From positions 2,624,001 to 2,688,000 of the forward strand of contig CAXXTU010000002.1 of the NCBI GenBank assembly GCA_963662655.2: a stretch of DNA of 64,000 nt. The letters run 5' to 3'. This DNA comes from Candidatus Cloacimonadales bacterium (GTDB taxonomy: Bacteria > Cloacimonadota > Cloacimonadia > Cloacimonadales > JAIOQZ01). Under the pieces are notes generated by a model, which was not told where the DNA came from, did no database searches, and saw only the letters and a program-made list of their open reading frames with translations. Positions 9,651-20,460 of the stretch are shown piece by piece. How positions within the stretch are numbered: position 1 is the first letter of the stretch; each line of letters begins with the position of its first letter. The translations under genes and the position numbers were made by a program.

Positions 9651-10691
9651 TCAGGCGGTTACGTATGCCGCCAGGAGTTTGAATGTGTTTTCCACCGCGT
9701 CACGGTGCGTTCGCTCGTATCCGTGCGAGGCGAATACCCCGGGTCCGATGAGCCCGTGCAGGATATCGCGTCCCGAGCCGAGCGTTACATCGACATCGGA
9801 GCCGTAGTGCGGGTAGATGTCAATCGCGTAATTGAGCTTTTCTCTGTCCGCCAGCTCGATCAGCTTGTTCGTGACCGAGTAATCATAGGGACTCATGGAG
9901 TCCTTGGCGCAGATGGATACCGTGTATTCGTCGGTCTCGAGGTCATCCCCCACCGCACCCATATCGACGCTGATCATTTCTACGGCGTCGTCCGGGATTC
10001 CCGCCGCGCCGCCGTGGCCGACTTCTTCGTAGTTGGTGAATACGAGGTAAACCTTGCGGGTCAATTGAATCTCCTCATCGCGAATCCATTTCGCCAGGCC
10101 GATGAAGATGCCGGCGCTTGCCTTGTCGTCCAGATGGCGCGATTTGATAAATCCGCTTTCCGTAACGACGGTACGGGAATCGAATGAAACGAAATCTCCC
10201 GCCCGAATACCGAGCTTCTGAACGTCCTCTTTCGACTTCACCTTTTCGTCGATAACGATCTCCACGTTTTCGTCGGTTCGCTTGGCCGTTCTCGCGTCGC
10301 TGTTCACGTGAGCCGACGGATTGTTGAGCTGGAAGGTGCCCGAATAGGTCTTGCCTTTGCGGGTGTGGATGATGCAGTTTTCCGTTTCGATGTAATTGAA
10401 GGGATATCCGCCCACCTGCGTTACCCTCAGTTTACCGGTTCCCTTGATACTGCGCACCATTGCGCCCAGTGTATCGATGTGCGCTGCCAGGACGAGTGGG
10501 TTGCCTTCTCCGCCCAGCTCCACGATGACCGATCCCTTGCGACTCTGGATCGTTTTGAACCCGAGCTTCGCGAATTCATCCAGAAGGTATTGCTGAGCTT
10601 GTACCGTGAACCCGGAAGGGCTCGGAATTCGGCAAAGGCTCGTAATCTGTTCAACTGAGTAATCGATGTATTTCTCCATGAACTTCTCCAT
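9651..10691 (-). CDS. M42-family aminopeptidase
   Basis: AAHIDTLG, SRHLDDK, EEVGHG, SHGYERTH. Confidence 0.92.
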   Translation of the reverse strand: MEKFMEKYIDYSVEQITSLCRIPSPSGFTVQAQQYLLDEFAKLGFKTIQSRKGSVIVELGGEGNPLVLAAHIDTLGAMVRSIKGTGKLRVTQVGGYPFNYIETENCIIHTRKGKTYSGTFQLNNPSAHVNSDARTAKRTDENVEIVIDEKVKSKEDVQKLGIRAGDFVSFDSRTVVTESGFIKSRHLDDKASAGIFIGLAKWIRDEEIQLTRKVYLVFTNYEEVGHGGAAGIPDDAVEMISVDMGAVGDDLETDEYTVSICAKDSMSPYDYSVTNKLIELADREKLNYAIDIYPHYGSDVDVTLGSGRDILHGLIGPGVFASHGYERTHRDAVENTFKLLAAYVTA

Positions 10692-10825
10692 ATATATTAA
10701 TGTATTATCGATGGGATTTCCTCGCAGGACGAGGCGGATTATTCCTATAATCTCTATACCGTTTAATTACATAAAAAGCAACAGAAAAGTCAAGCGTCAA
10801 GTTTTTCAAGCGAATTGTGAGTATA

Positions 10826-10860
10826 AAAGGAGAACGCCACCCCGAAATTGGAGTGGCGTT
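10826..10860 (-). terminator. Probable intrinsic terminator of the C25 protease genes
   Basis: Minus-strand hairpin AACGCCACTCC/GGGGTGGCGTT followed by CTCCTTTT. Confidence 0.55.
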
Positions 10861-10955
10861 CATGAAACGGTTTGGGTTTATATGATCCGAGTATCATATT
10901 CGCACTGAAAGCAAGTTAACCAAACAGGCTTTCAGGCATACCAGCTCATATGACA

Positions 10956-13900
10956 CTACTTGAGAAGGATCATCTTTTTCGTTGAGGTGTAGCGACCGGC
11001 TTTCATCTTGTAGAAGTAGATGCCGGAGCTAACCTGCTTGTCGAGATTGTCCTCTCCTCCCCAGATAATTGAATGGTTGCCTTTGTCAAGCTTTTCATTC
11101 ACAAGGGTTTTAACTTTCTGACCTTTGATGTTGAAAACATCGATACGAACATCGGAAGTCTCAGCAAGCGAGAAGGCAATATTCGTTTCCGGGTTGAAAG
11201 GATTGGGGAAGTTCCCCGCGAGCTCGGTTACGAGTTCGGGAACATCTCCTCCAGTTCCGCTTCCAACGCCGGTTGCATCGATTGTTATCGAGGTTTCGGG
11301 CATGAAGGGATCGTTGGTAGTGATCACGATCTCGCCGCTGTAATCATCGATATTTTCCGGAGCAAAGATGAGCGTGAAGGTGTGGTAACTCTGCTCGGAA
11401 ATCGAGAAAGAATAATCTTCGCGCACGGTTCTTTCTTTCTTGTTGGTGCTGTTGCGAGTCGACTGCGTTCCGGCAATGAGGAAACCGTCGTAGGTTTCGA
11501 TATTTCCGTTCAGGGTTTCGCTACCGTAGTTGTAAACCGTGAAATTGACGGATGCGGATTCATTCACAAGGACTTCGCCGAATTCGATCTCCTGGTGGGA
11601 GAGTGCGATCATCGGCGCAGGATCGGCAGCGGGTGATGGGAACTGAATCATGTCGATCCACGCTCTATCGTAACCGTTGCTGAGGGATCCGTCTTTGCTG
11701 TATGTCCACGAGAAGCTGTGACTTCCTGCCGTAACGGGATATGAAACCATTTCCCAGTTCACCTGGCCCGACCATCTTCCGGCTTGCGAGCCGTCAATCT
11801 TGAAGGTGAGGTAGTCGCCGTCAGCTTCACTGGAGACCTTGCGGAAGAATGAAATTACGCCATCGGTGGCAACTTCGACAAAGATCAACGCAGTTGAATA
11901 CTGGTTGTGCGAGATCGTTCCGGATGTAAGGCAGTAATCGCCTTCGTAAGCTTCTTCCTGATCCAGGGTCCAGTTCGAGTTTCCGGTGAAAGACCAGCCG
12001 AAATCCTCGATACCGTTTTCGAAGTCTTCGCTGTTCATCGACACGCTGGCGGCAAGGGTCGTTTGAAGAAGGTAGCTGCCGGATGTATAACCAAAGCCGA
12101 AAGTGATGGCCGAGTCTTCATCGACATTTGCGGAAAGCGTGACGATAAACGTTGCTTCGTCATCTTCCTCAGGATCGAGCTCATTGATTTCGACCGTGTT
12201 TTCGGAAATTGTAATCCATGGGTTGTTGCAAATCAGGACTGCGCTGCCTTCAAGGGCATTCGCGTGTCCGGTGTTGGTGATCGGAACAATGAGCGCTACC
12301 GTCTCGCCCGGATCGAGGCTACCGTTGTTGTTACCCGATACGTCGAAGATGTCCATATTGCCCAGCTCGAATGCTGGGGCGTTGACGACAACAGACTTCT
12401 GCGATTCGAATTGCTGATCGTTTCCGTTTGCCGTGCAGGATATCAGGATGTCGAACGTGAGTTCGTGCTGATCCGGGATGTCGCCGGCAATCCGAATTCC
12501 GAATGCGTCTTCGAGGACGACTTCCGAGTTGTTCGCGATCTGAGCGATCTCGGCAGAATCGTCGGTGATGGTTACATAAGGATCGTCCATGGTGATTGTG
12601 GCAACAACGTTGTCGGCCGCTTCGCTTCCGACGTTGTTGAGCGGAAGGTCGATCGTGATTTCTTCGCCGAATTCGGGAACGCTGTTGTTCCCGTCGTTGT
12701 ATTCCAGGTTGCCGGCAACGATGTATGCGCCTTCGTTGGGAAGGAGCGCGACCGTTTCTTCGATCGTGATTTTATTGTAGCCGGTCACCGTGAGAAGAAG
12801 GTCGCACGGCTGTTGAGGAACGTTCCAGAGTTCCAGCGTGACATTGCCGCTGGCGTTTGTGTAGCCGCGGCCGATGGCCTGGCCATCGTATGAGAGACAA
12901 ACCATCGCGTTCTCGATATCGGTCTGTACTTCGTAAGTCTCGACGCCGATGAGGAGTTCGCTCGGGTAGGTTATCGTGAATTCTTCCGGCGTGTCCGTTC
13001 TTACCTGGAGTGTCGCATCGCCGAAGATGTGCCAGGTCATGAACATATCCACGCCGTCGCCACTGGTGTAGTTGTCCATCATCGAGCAGGAACCGTTGTA
13101 CCAGAGGCCGCCGACGGTGTTTTTCTCTTCACCGGTGAGAAGGTTAACGTATTCGTCTTGCGATTCCATCGGTGGCGCCCAGTCCTGATTGACCGTAGAA
13201 GCGTACATCGCTACAGCGCCGGTCGGGGCGTTCGTGGAGCCGTTGGTGGCACGGAGCCAGGCTTCCGCGAAGCATGTCGTGCTGGTGAAGTTACCGTTCA
13301 CGCAGGCTACCGAAGAGATAAACGGAAGCATGTAGTCGTTCGTAAGTGCGTTGACATGGCTGTTCGAGAATCCGGTGGAAACCCATGATGTGTTTGAGCC
13401 GTGGCCGCAGTACATGACTTCGCCGCGCCCTGCATTCAGGCCGCTGGAAACCATGGAGGAGGTTCCGCCGTTGTTGTCGTAAATCTCGTCAATTTCCGAA
13501 TAGGTGTATGCCATCAGTTGGGTGCGAAGTCCGCCGATGTGAGCGTAGTCCGATTGTCCTTCATCACCCTGGCCGGCTCCCTGGCTGGATGCGATACCCA
13601 TCCCTTTGTGAAGCCAGTCGCCATCGACAATGTCCCGTTCGTAATAAATGGTGCGTTCCACCTGCGTTTCAACTTGTGCGACCGTTTCTGCAGAGAAACG
13701 TCCCACGAAGATATCCGGGTAGTTGTCGTTACCTTCGAGAAGGCTGTAGGTTGGGTCCGATCCGCCGATTGTCCATGGGTCCACCTCGTACATATAGGTG
13801 GGGATTTGGGCTGCGTCGCCAACGAGCTGTACGAACGTCAGACCTTCGTCTACATAAACAGCCTGTACGTAATACATGACATCGTCTTCATCCGAGCCGA

Positions 13901-14702
13901 CTTCGCTCATAGGAACGAGGTCGACGTCGAATCCCTTCTGGATTTTCCAATCGACATAAGGCTGAATGGCTTCCATGAAGTTGTCGTCGCAAATCACGAG
14001 CAGCCTGCCCTGTTCATCGACCGCATCGTAACGCGGAGACGCATAGTTGATGAACTGGCCTTCGTAGATCGGCTTGAAATATGGGCTGACCGACGCATTG
14101 TGACGTACTTTGACGTTGCGCGTATCTGCGCCGACACGGTTGATTTCGATCGTCATGCTGTGGTATACGCGTAATGTTTGGGTAACCGGATTGTAGGCAA
14201 AAGGATATGCGTTAACCACGATTCCGCGAACATCGCGCATGATGTAGGGCTCGCCGAGTGTTACGAGCGAACCGGGATAAAATTCGTCCTGCTGATAGAC
14301 ATTTGAAAATTCGTAAGGAACTGTACTTGGATCGACTGAACGCGAGATGGACCCACGAGACGGGATCACGGGCATCCGATAGTCCGTGTAATCGCTGGAG
14401 ATCACTTGAGCTTCCATGAGTGCGTCGTCACCGATCGAGATACTTCTGGTGATCTTCGGAAGTTCCGGATCTCCGGCCGTGTATGTCCTGCTTTCTTTTT
14501 CAAGACCGAGCCGGTACATGGTTTGTCCGTCGATTTCAACAGCCTGGCGCTCGAAAGAACCGAAGTTGTATTCGATGACCACTTGCTGCTCGCTAGAAGA
14601 TACGACATCTACACCAAACGAACGGCTGTTCATCTTGATGCTTTCTGCCGAAACACCGAGTGCAAGAAAGAGCACCAGAATTAGAATCGTACCTTTTTTC
14701 AT
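10956..14702 (-). CDS. C25 cysteine peptidase, Arg-gingipain (Rgp)-like, with propeptide, Ig-like domains and FlgD-like CTD
   Basis: YCGHGS (His) and SVACVNG (Cys), CFAEAWLRA, ASTVNQDWAPPM; start set at MKKGT behind GGAGG. Confidence 0.9.
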   Translation of the reverse strand: MKKGTILILVLFLALGVSAESIKMNSRSFGVDVVSSSEQQVVIEYNFGSFERQAVEIDGQTMYRLGLEKESRTYTAGDPELPKITRSISIGDDALMEAQVISSDYTDYRMPVIPSRGSISRSVDPSTVPYEFSNVYQQDEFYPGSLVTLGEPYIMRDVRGIVVNAYPFAYNPVTQTLRVYHSMTIEINRVGADTRNVKVRHNASVSPYFKPIYEGQFINYASPRYDAVDEQGRLLVICDDNFMEAIQPYVDWKIQKGFDVDLVPMSEVGSDEDDVMYYVQAVYVDEGLTFVQLVGDAAQIPTYMYEVDPWTIGGSDPTYSLLEGNDNYPDIFVGRFSAETVAQVETQVERTIYYERDIVDGDWLHKGMGIASSQGAGQGDEGQSDYAHIGGLRTQLMAYTYSEIDEIYDNNGGTSSMVSSGLNAGRGEVMYCGHGSNTSWVSTGFSNSHVNALTNDYMLPFISSVACVNGNFTSTTCFAEAWLRATNGSTNAPTGAVAMYASTVNQDWAPPMESQDEYVNLLTGEEKNTVGGLWYNGSCSMMDNYTSGDGVDMFMTWHIFGDATLQVRTDTPEEFTITYPSELLIGVETYEVQTDIENAMVCLSYDGQAIGRGYTNASGNVTLELWNVPQQPCDLLLTVTGYNKITIEETVALLPNEGAYIVAGNLEYNDGNNSVPEFGEEITIDLPLNNVGSEAADNVVATITMDDPYVTITDDSAEIAQIANNSEVVLEDAFGIRIAGDIPDQHELTFDILISCTANGNDQQFESQKSVVVNAPAFELGNMDIFDVSGNNNGSLDPGETVALIVPITNTGHANALEGSAVLICNNPWITISENTVEINELDPEEDDEATFIVTLSANVDEDSAITFGFGYTSGSYLLQTTLAASVSMNSEDFENGIEDFGWSFTGNSNWTLDQEEAYEGDYCLTSGTISHNQYSTALIFVEVATDGVISFFRKVSSEADGDYLTFKIDGSQAGRWSGQVNWEMVSYPVTAGSHSFSWTYSKDGSLSNGYDRAWIDMIQFPSPAADPAPMIALSHQEIEFGEVLVNESASVNFTVYNYGSETLNGNIETYDGFLIAGTQSTRNSTNKKERTVREDYSFSISEQSYHTFTLIFAPENIDDYSGEIVITTNDPFMPETSITIDATGVGSGTGGDVPELVTELAGNFPNPFNPETNIAFSLAETSDVRIDVFNIKGQKVKTLVNEKLDKGNHSIIWGGEDNLDKQVSSGIYFYKMKAGRYTSTKKMILLK

Positions 14703-14706
14703 ATTT

Positions 14707-14746
14707 CCTCCAAAGTTTGGAGTGCTCACCCGTTTCGGGTGAGCAC
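14707..14746 (-). promoter_or_regulatory. Tandem hairpins in the 5' UTR of the Rgp-like gene, one overlapping the RBS
   Basis: 11-bp perfect stem GTGCTCACCCG/CGGGTGAGCAC (14722-14746); CTCCAAA/TTTGGAG pairs with part of the GGAGG SD. Confidence 0.5.
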
Positions 14747-14847
14747 GACATATCTTACTTATAATAACTCTTACACATAAATTTATCTGTGTTATATCCG
14801 GCATTCACGGTTTTCATACAACGTAGAATCCATTATACCGGATAACA

Positions 14848-17800
14848 CTATTTTATCAACAACATTTTTTTGACGGACACGTAGCGCCCGGTTTTCATCT
14901 TGTAGAAGTAAACACCGCTACCAACCTGATGATTGTTCTGGTCTTTGCCTTCCCAAACGATGCTGTGGTTTCCCGCATCCATCTTCTGAGAAACAAGCGT
15001 TTTCACCTTCTGGCCGAGGATGTTGAACACGTCGATGCGGACATCGCTCTTCTCGGCGAGCGAGAAGGAAATCGTGGTCTCGGGGTTGAACGGGTTCGGA
15101 TAGTTGCCCTTGAGTTCCGTTGTGAATACAGGGACATCGTTTCCGTTTTCGCCCATGATGTATCCGCTTGCTGCAACGTTGATAACGCTGTTCTCCGCGT
15201 AGGGATCGTTGCTCGTGATGGTGATTTCGCCACTGAAGTCGCCTTCATCGAGCGGAGCGAAAACGAGGGTGAACATCCAGGCGTCGCCCGGTTCGATCGA
15301 GTAGGTGTACATCTCACGGGTTTGCTTGGAGCTCTTGGACGAACGTGTTTCGCGAGCGGAATCGAGAAGCAGGGTGAATCCATCGATGGTGTTCACCGCA
15401 CCGTCCATGGTCTCGTTACCGTAGTTGAAGATGGTGACGTCAACCAGAACGCTGTCGCCCACCATCACATCGCCGAAATCGAGATCGGTTTCGTTGACCA
15501 TGAAGATCGGCGTAGGATCGGAAGGAACAGACGGGAACTGGATCAGGTCGATCCACGCGCAGTCGCTGCCGTGGCTCTCGGAATTGTCTTTTTTATAAAC
15601 CCATTTGAAGGTGTGGACACCTTCTGTAACCTCGTAAGAAGCCTGCGCCCAGTTGATGGAGCCGGCCCATTCCTGCGTCATCGTGTTGTCGATGTAAAAT
15701 TGCAGGTAATCGTAATCTTCTTCGCTGGAAACGCGGTAAAAGAACGACATCTCGCCATCGGATGCGATATCGACGGATATTTCCGCTACTGATGTTTGAT
15801 TGTGGGAGATCGTACCGGAGCGGAGGCAGTAATCGCCTTCGAAAACGTCGTTTTCCGTGAGGTTCCAGCTTGCGTTTCCGCTCATGTCCCAACCAAAGAG
15901 ATCGAGTCCGTTCTCGAAATCTTCGTACATTTCGGAAACGGTTACGCCGTAGGTGATCTGGAAGGAGTACTCTCCGGCGAAAATGCCGAAACCGAGATTG
16001 ATGTCGATGCCTTCGGGAACATCTTCCGCGAGTGTCACAATGAACGTGGCGTCTTCGGATTCATCGATGTCGAGAGAACCGATGTCATCGGAGTTTCCGT
16101 CAATGGTGATGTACGGGTTGTTACAGATCAGCATCGCGGTAACGTCGGGCGAATCCACGTGGCCGGTGTTCGTTACCGGGAAGGAAATGGCTGTTGTCTC
16201 ACCCGGGTCTAGCTGGCCGTTGTTGTTTCCGTTCACGTCGAAAACGCTCATCTCGCCGATTTCGAAATCGGGGGCGTTCACGGTAATCTCGTTATGCATT
16301 TCCCAGGTGGCTTCTTCGCCGTTCACGGTCGCCGAGATATGAATGTCGATTGAAAGCTCATGCTGGTCCGGGACGTTTCCGGCGATTTCCATCGAGAATG
16401 CGTCGGTAAGCGTGACTGACTCATTGGAAGAGAGTAATTGCAGCGTTACTTCGTTATCGGTGAACGATGCGTACCCGTCGGTGCAAATGACCGTAATGGT
16501 GATATCCTGTGCCGGATCGTTACCGACGTTTGTGAGAGGCAGGCTGAGAAGCGCTGCTTCCGCAAATTCCGGGATGTTGTTCTCGCCGTCCGAATAGATG
16601 AAATCGTCGGCAATCAGATATGCGCCGTCGCTCGGGACAACCTGAACGGTCGTGATGACCGGCTGACGGTTCTGTGCCGTGATCACAAGCTGGGCATCGC
16701 CAGGCTCGGTGAACGGAACGATATCCATGGTGAGGTTGCCGCTGTCGTCGACGAGGCCAACGCCGTAAACTTCGCCATCCATCGTGAGGCTGACGTATGA
16801 ATATGGATCGGCGGTTACTTCGAACTGGGTCAGGCCGATGAGGATTTGCTCCCCGTACTCGACGGTGTTCTCAATCGGAACGCCCATGTAAGGCGTAATG
16901 GATGGTTCGCCCATCAGCTCGTAGATTTCCCAGTAGTAATTCTGATCGCCGCCGCCTTCGACCACCGCGAGGTTGCCGCACATGACCATTGATCCGGCGG
17001 TCACGAACCAGTCTTCTTCGCCTTCGCCGTTGTCGTGGAAAAGGCCGTCGTACGTACCGCGACCGGTGCCTTCGTATGTAGGGTTGGTAACGATACTACC
17101 CGCGCCAACGCCCCACCAGTAGTCTTCGTCCCAGTAGGTACTGTTGGTACCGCCGATATAACCGATGGCTCCCTTGTTCGCCGCGCGAAGCCATGCTTCG
17201 GCGAAACACTGAGTCTCCTGAAATTCATTCGTGGAGCAGCAGTTGCCAACCACCATGGGGTATTCCCCGTTGTTGTTGAGACTGTTAATATCGGATATCG
17301 TGAACTGCGGGTCTGCCCACGAAGAAGGGCTGCCGTGTGCCGTGTAGTTGACGAATCCCACACCGTTGCTGACATCGCTGATAATGTTCGAGGAATTGCT
17401 TCCTGAATTCGGGTAGAGGTAGGTGTGAGATTCGATGTCGTGATCTTCGTTGAAATAGTTTGTGGTTCCGTAGTTGATCTGACCGTTCGCCCATGTGGAC
17501 CCGTGGTATGAATCCATTCCGGCGATCATGACGACTTCGCCGAGGTAGCTGGGATCGGGCATTTCGTACTTCTCGTACATGAGGGTCTTGTCGATCTGCG
17601 GTTGCAGTTCGCTTGTATTGTTCGCGGAGAAACGACCGTAATACATCTCCGGGAAGAAGTCGTTCCCGTCGAGTTTGACGTAGTTCAAGTCGGTAATATG
17701 GTTTCCCTGGCTTCCGTTGTAAGCAGGAATCTGAGCAACGTCGCCGACAAAGAGAACGAAGGATGGCGCCGGATCTGTGTCGGTGGCTTCGTCGTAAAGG

Positions 17801-18678
17801 TCCTGAAGATAGTTGTGGATCGTGGTCGTGGTGCTTCCGATTTCATCCGTGTTGGCTTCGATTACGATGAATCCCATTTCCCGCTTCCACTCGATGAAAG
17901 GCTGAAGCTGCTCTTCGAACATATCGTCGTAGATAACCACGTATTTGACCGGGTACTGAGTGAGTTCGTCGCGTGTTTTGAGGGGCTGATAATTGAAAAT
18001 GGATTGGCGGTAAACCGGCTCGAAGAAGTGCGAATAGGTGCGCTCGCGCTGGTGGCGGGTTTCCGAATAATCAGCTCCGATGAAATCGACTTCAACTTCC
18101 ACGCTGGAATAAACGCGAAGCGTGTTCGACGCGGGATTATATTCAACAGGGCGAACCGTAAGAAGGAACAGGCGCATACCTCGCATGATTCCGAGTTCTT
18201 CCACGTTTGCCATCTCAGAATTCAGCCAGCCGGAAGATGCGTAGACGTCACGATCGATGACGAATTCCGCGTCCTGCGGGTTCTGGCTCTTGGAGAGCGA
18301 CGGCTGTGCGGGAACGATTTGTCCTGTCAGGTTCAATGAGGCTAAGGATATTTCCTGATATTCACCTGCGTTGACGTTAACGTTGACATCTGCTCCGTAG
18401 GGAACAGCAATGATTTCACGGTTCAGAGGGAGACGAGGTTGTCCAGGTTCAGTAACGAACTCGAAATCTTCGGCGCTGACGGCGGTGAAATCGCCTTCAC
18501 GCGTTTCGACAGAGTTCAGCTCAAGTCCAGATATGTGAAAACGGGCTTCGAAACCGCTTGTAGAATTTCTCGTGAGTTGAACAGGTTGTGATCCGTTATT
18601 CGAATCGATGGGTTGATAGGTTGCGAATAATGACATTGCTATTGCGCTCATCAGAATGAACGTTAGAATGCGTTTCAT
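14848..18678 (-). CDS. C25 cysteine peptidase, Lys-gingipain (Kgp)-like, with FlgD-like CTD
   Basis: YTAHGS, VGNCC, YWDEDYWWGVGA resemble Kgp motifs; NYPNPFNP...KKMLLIK tail. Confidence 0.9.
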   Translation of the reverse strand: MKRILTFILMSAIAMSLFATYQPIDSNNGSQPVQLTRNSTSGFEARFHISGLELNSVETREGDFTAVSAEDFEFVTEPGQPRLPLNREIIAVPYGADVNVNVNAGEYQEISLASLNLTGQIVPAQPSLSKSQNPQDAEFVIDRDVYASSGWLNSEMANVEELGIMRGMRLFLLTVRPVEYNPASNTLRVYSSVEVEVDFIGADYSETRHQRERTYSHFFEPVYRQSIFNYQPLKTRDELTQYPVKYVVIYDDMFEEQLQPFIEWKREMGFIVIEANTDEIGSTTTTIHNYLQDLYDEATDTDPAPSFVLFVGDVAQIPAYNGSQGNHITDLNYVKLDGNDFFPEMYYGRFSANNTSELQPQIDKTLMYEKYEMPDPSYLGEVVMIAGMDSYHGSTWANGQINYGTTNYFNEDHDIESHTYLYPNSGSNSSNIISDVSNGVGFVNYTAHGSPSSWADPQFTISDINSLNNNGEYPMVVGNCCSTNEFQETQCFAEAWLRAANKGAIGYIGGTNSTYWDEDYWWGVGAGSIVTNPTYEGTGRGTYDGLFHDNGEGEEDWFVTAGSMVMCGNLAVVEGGGDQNYYWEIYELMGEPSITPYMGVPIENTVEYGEQILIGLTQFEVTADPYSYVSLTMDGEVYGVGLVDDSGNLTMDIVPFTEPGDAQLVITAQNRQPVITTVQVVPSDGAYLIADDFIYSDGENNIPEFAEAALLSLPLTNVGNDPAQDITITVICTDGYASFTDNEVTLQLLSSNESVTLTDAFSMEIAGNVPDQHELSIDIHISATVNGEEATWEMHNEITVNAPDFEIGEMSVFDVNGNNNGQLDPGETTAISFPVTNTGHVDSPDVTAMLICNNPYITIDGNSDDIGSLDIDESEDATFIVTLAEDVPEGIDINLGFGIFAGEYSFQITYGVTVSEMYEDFENGLDLFGWDMSGNASWNLTENDVFEGDYCLRSGTISHNQTSVAEISVDIASDGEMSFFYRVSSEEDYDYLQFYIDNTMTQEWAGSINWAQASYEVTEGVHTFKWVYKKDNSESHGSDCAWIDLIQFPSVPSDPTPIFMVNETDLDFGDVMVGDSVLVDVTIFNYGNETMDGAVNTIDGFTLLLDSARETRSSKSSKQTREMYTYSIEPGDAWMFTLVFAPLDEGDFSGEITITSNDPYAENSVINVAASGYIMGENGNDVPVFTTELKGNYPNPFNPETTISFSLAEKSDVRIDVFNILGQKVKTLVSQKMDAGNHSIVWEGKDQNNHQVGSGVYFYKMKTGRYVSVKKMLLIK

Positions 18679-18937
18679 AGTTACTAACTCCTTGCTCGAT
18701 TTATATTATATATACCATATTAATCAGAGAATACGATGCAAGTTTGAATCCAAATCCGAATCATTTTTCTTTCCTGAAGCCGCTCGATCCCGGTTCGTCC
18801 GCTCTTTCGCTCGTGCACCTGCCGAAATGGCAGAGGGTTCGACGGCGCTGATATCATGGGGACGGTTCACAAAATGTTTGACAAGAAAATCCCTCGATTC
18901 CATGTTTCGGTAGGATATTTTGTGACAGGAGGTACTT

Positions 18938-19300
18938 ATGGATCATAAGAAAATGCTCGATAACCTTCGAAAAGAAGTAAATGTCGCACTTTCCAAGGTG
19001 TTTGACGAAGTCGGAAAAGCAACGAAAGTCTCCGGTCACCGTCTGGCGATCAACTCGCTCAAGAGCGATATCCGCGAACAGAAAGAGAAGCTCGGAACGA
19101 TGGTCTGTGAAAACGAGGAGCTTTCGCAATTGCCTGAACTTAGAGACGTTGTGGCCAGGATTGTCGCGCTGCAGGAAGAGATCGAAAAACGCGAAGAGAA
19201 AATTCGGAAGATGAAAGAAAGGGAAAATGCCGCAGAGGATGATATCGAAGACGAGCCGGAAGAACCCGCAGAGCCCGAAAGTCCTGAAGAAGAGCGTTAA
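18938..19300 (+). CDS. Hypothetical coiled-coil protein
   Basis: GGAGG RBS; helical charged sequence; first gene of an overlapping operon. Confidence 0.75.
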   Translation: MDHKKMLDNLRKEVNVALSKVFDEVGKATKVSGHRLAINSLKSDIREQKEKLGTMVCENEELSQLPELRDVVARIVALQEEIEKREEKIRKMKERENAAEDDIEDEPEEPAEPESPEEER

Positions 19301-19865
19301 GCTCCTGGTTTTGGCTGTCATCGTCATGCTGATGGCATGCAACGCGTTCTCTCCGCGGGACTCCGAAGAGCCTGAATCCGGGGTTGAATGGAATTCATTC
19401 CCGATTCAGCCGCAGCAGGTCTTGGAGAACCTCGTTTACGCCTACGAATTCAGCCAGAACAGCATCAAATACGGTGAAATTTTCACGGACGAATTCCGTT
19501 TTTTCTTTGACACGCAAGATGTAAGCGATTATGGTGTTCCTCAGGAGTGGGATGCGCAAACGGAAAGCGATATGCTCCTGCTGCTCTATAATCACTTGCT
19601 CTCGAATACGGATATGACGCTGGAACTCGAAGAGGTGGAAGACGAGCCGGACGACATTCAGAGCGAGTTTGCGGAGTTTTACCGAAAATATACCTTGAGC
19701 GTTCAGCACGACCTGAATCATTTGCCGCAAACCTTTTCGGGCGTGTGTTTTCTGGAGATCGTGAAAGGCACGGATGGTTTTTGGAGAATATCACAATGGC
19801 AGGACAACAGAAAAGACCAGGAATCGGTTACCTGGGGGAGGTTGAAATATGAAGTTTCACCGTAA
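19227..19865 (+). CDS. Hypothetical lipoprotein (NTF2/SnoaL-like); true start probably downstream of 19227
   Basis: Lipobox-like LMAC after a hydrophobic stretch; F-T/S-D/E-x-F-x-F and WxIxxWQD shared with the next gene. Confidence 0.7.
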   Translation: MPQRMISKTSRKNPQSPKVLKKSVKLLVLAVIVMLMACNAFSPRDSEEPESGVEWNSFPIQPQQVLENLVYAYEFSQNSIKYGEIFTDEFRFFFDTQDVSDYGVPQEWDAQTESDMLLLLYNHLLSNTDMTLELEEVEDEPDDIQSEFAEFYRKYTLSVQHDLNHLPQTFSGVCFLEIVKGTDGFWRISQWQDNRKDQESVTWGRLKYEVSP

Positions 19866-20439
19866 TGCCCTATGGGGTGTAACCCTTGTTCTGTCTATTC
19901 TGTTTACAGCCGGGTGCGATAGTCCGTTCAATCCGGACATGCGTAAACCAATGGAGACAGTGACGAATCCGATTGCCGTCTCTCCCGAGATTGCGCTCCA
20001 GAATCTTCAAAACGCCTACAACACGCAGAATATCGATCTGTACAAGCAATGCTTGTCGGAATCGTTCACTTTCGTGCTCGTTTCATCGGAGTCCACCGAG
20101 ATCGGCATCGACATGGACGGCGACGGCTTGAAAGACGACTGGTGGGGATACGACGAAGAGGTGGAATACCACGAGAATCTCTTTGTTTACGGTTCCAGCG
20201 ATGGAAGAACGCCCCCGCCTTACAATATCTCGCTTACGTTGCAGGTACCACCGGATTCGATCTGGAGCTATTCTCAGATTGATGACGAAACGTACAATCT
20301 GATTATTCCTTGTTACTTCGATCTCCGCCTCAGCTATGAGTCGTCCGAGATCGTTTCGAATGGTTATGCACGGTTTTTCCTGACGGAGGACGAGGGGGTC
20401 TGGAAGATCACTCGCTGGCAGGACGAATCGAATATATAA
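19849..20439 (+). CDS. Hypothetical lipoprotein, paralogue of the upstream gene
   Basis: TAGC lipobox; LQNLQNAYN, WKITRWQD; DMDGDG Ca-binding-like loop. Confidence 0.75.
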   Translation: MKFHRNALWGVTLVLSILFTAGCDSPFNPDMRKPMETVTNPIAVSPEIALQNLQNAYNTQNIDLYKQCLSESFTFVLVSSESTEIGIDMDGDGLKDDWWGYDEEVEYHENLFVYGSSDGRTPPPYNISLTLQVPPDSIWSYSQIDDETYNLIIPCYFDLRLSYESSEIVSNGYARFFLTEDEGVWKITRWQDESNI

Positions 20440-20460
20440 GAAAGACAGAACACTTGACCT

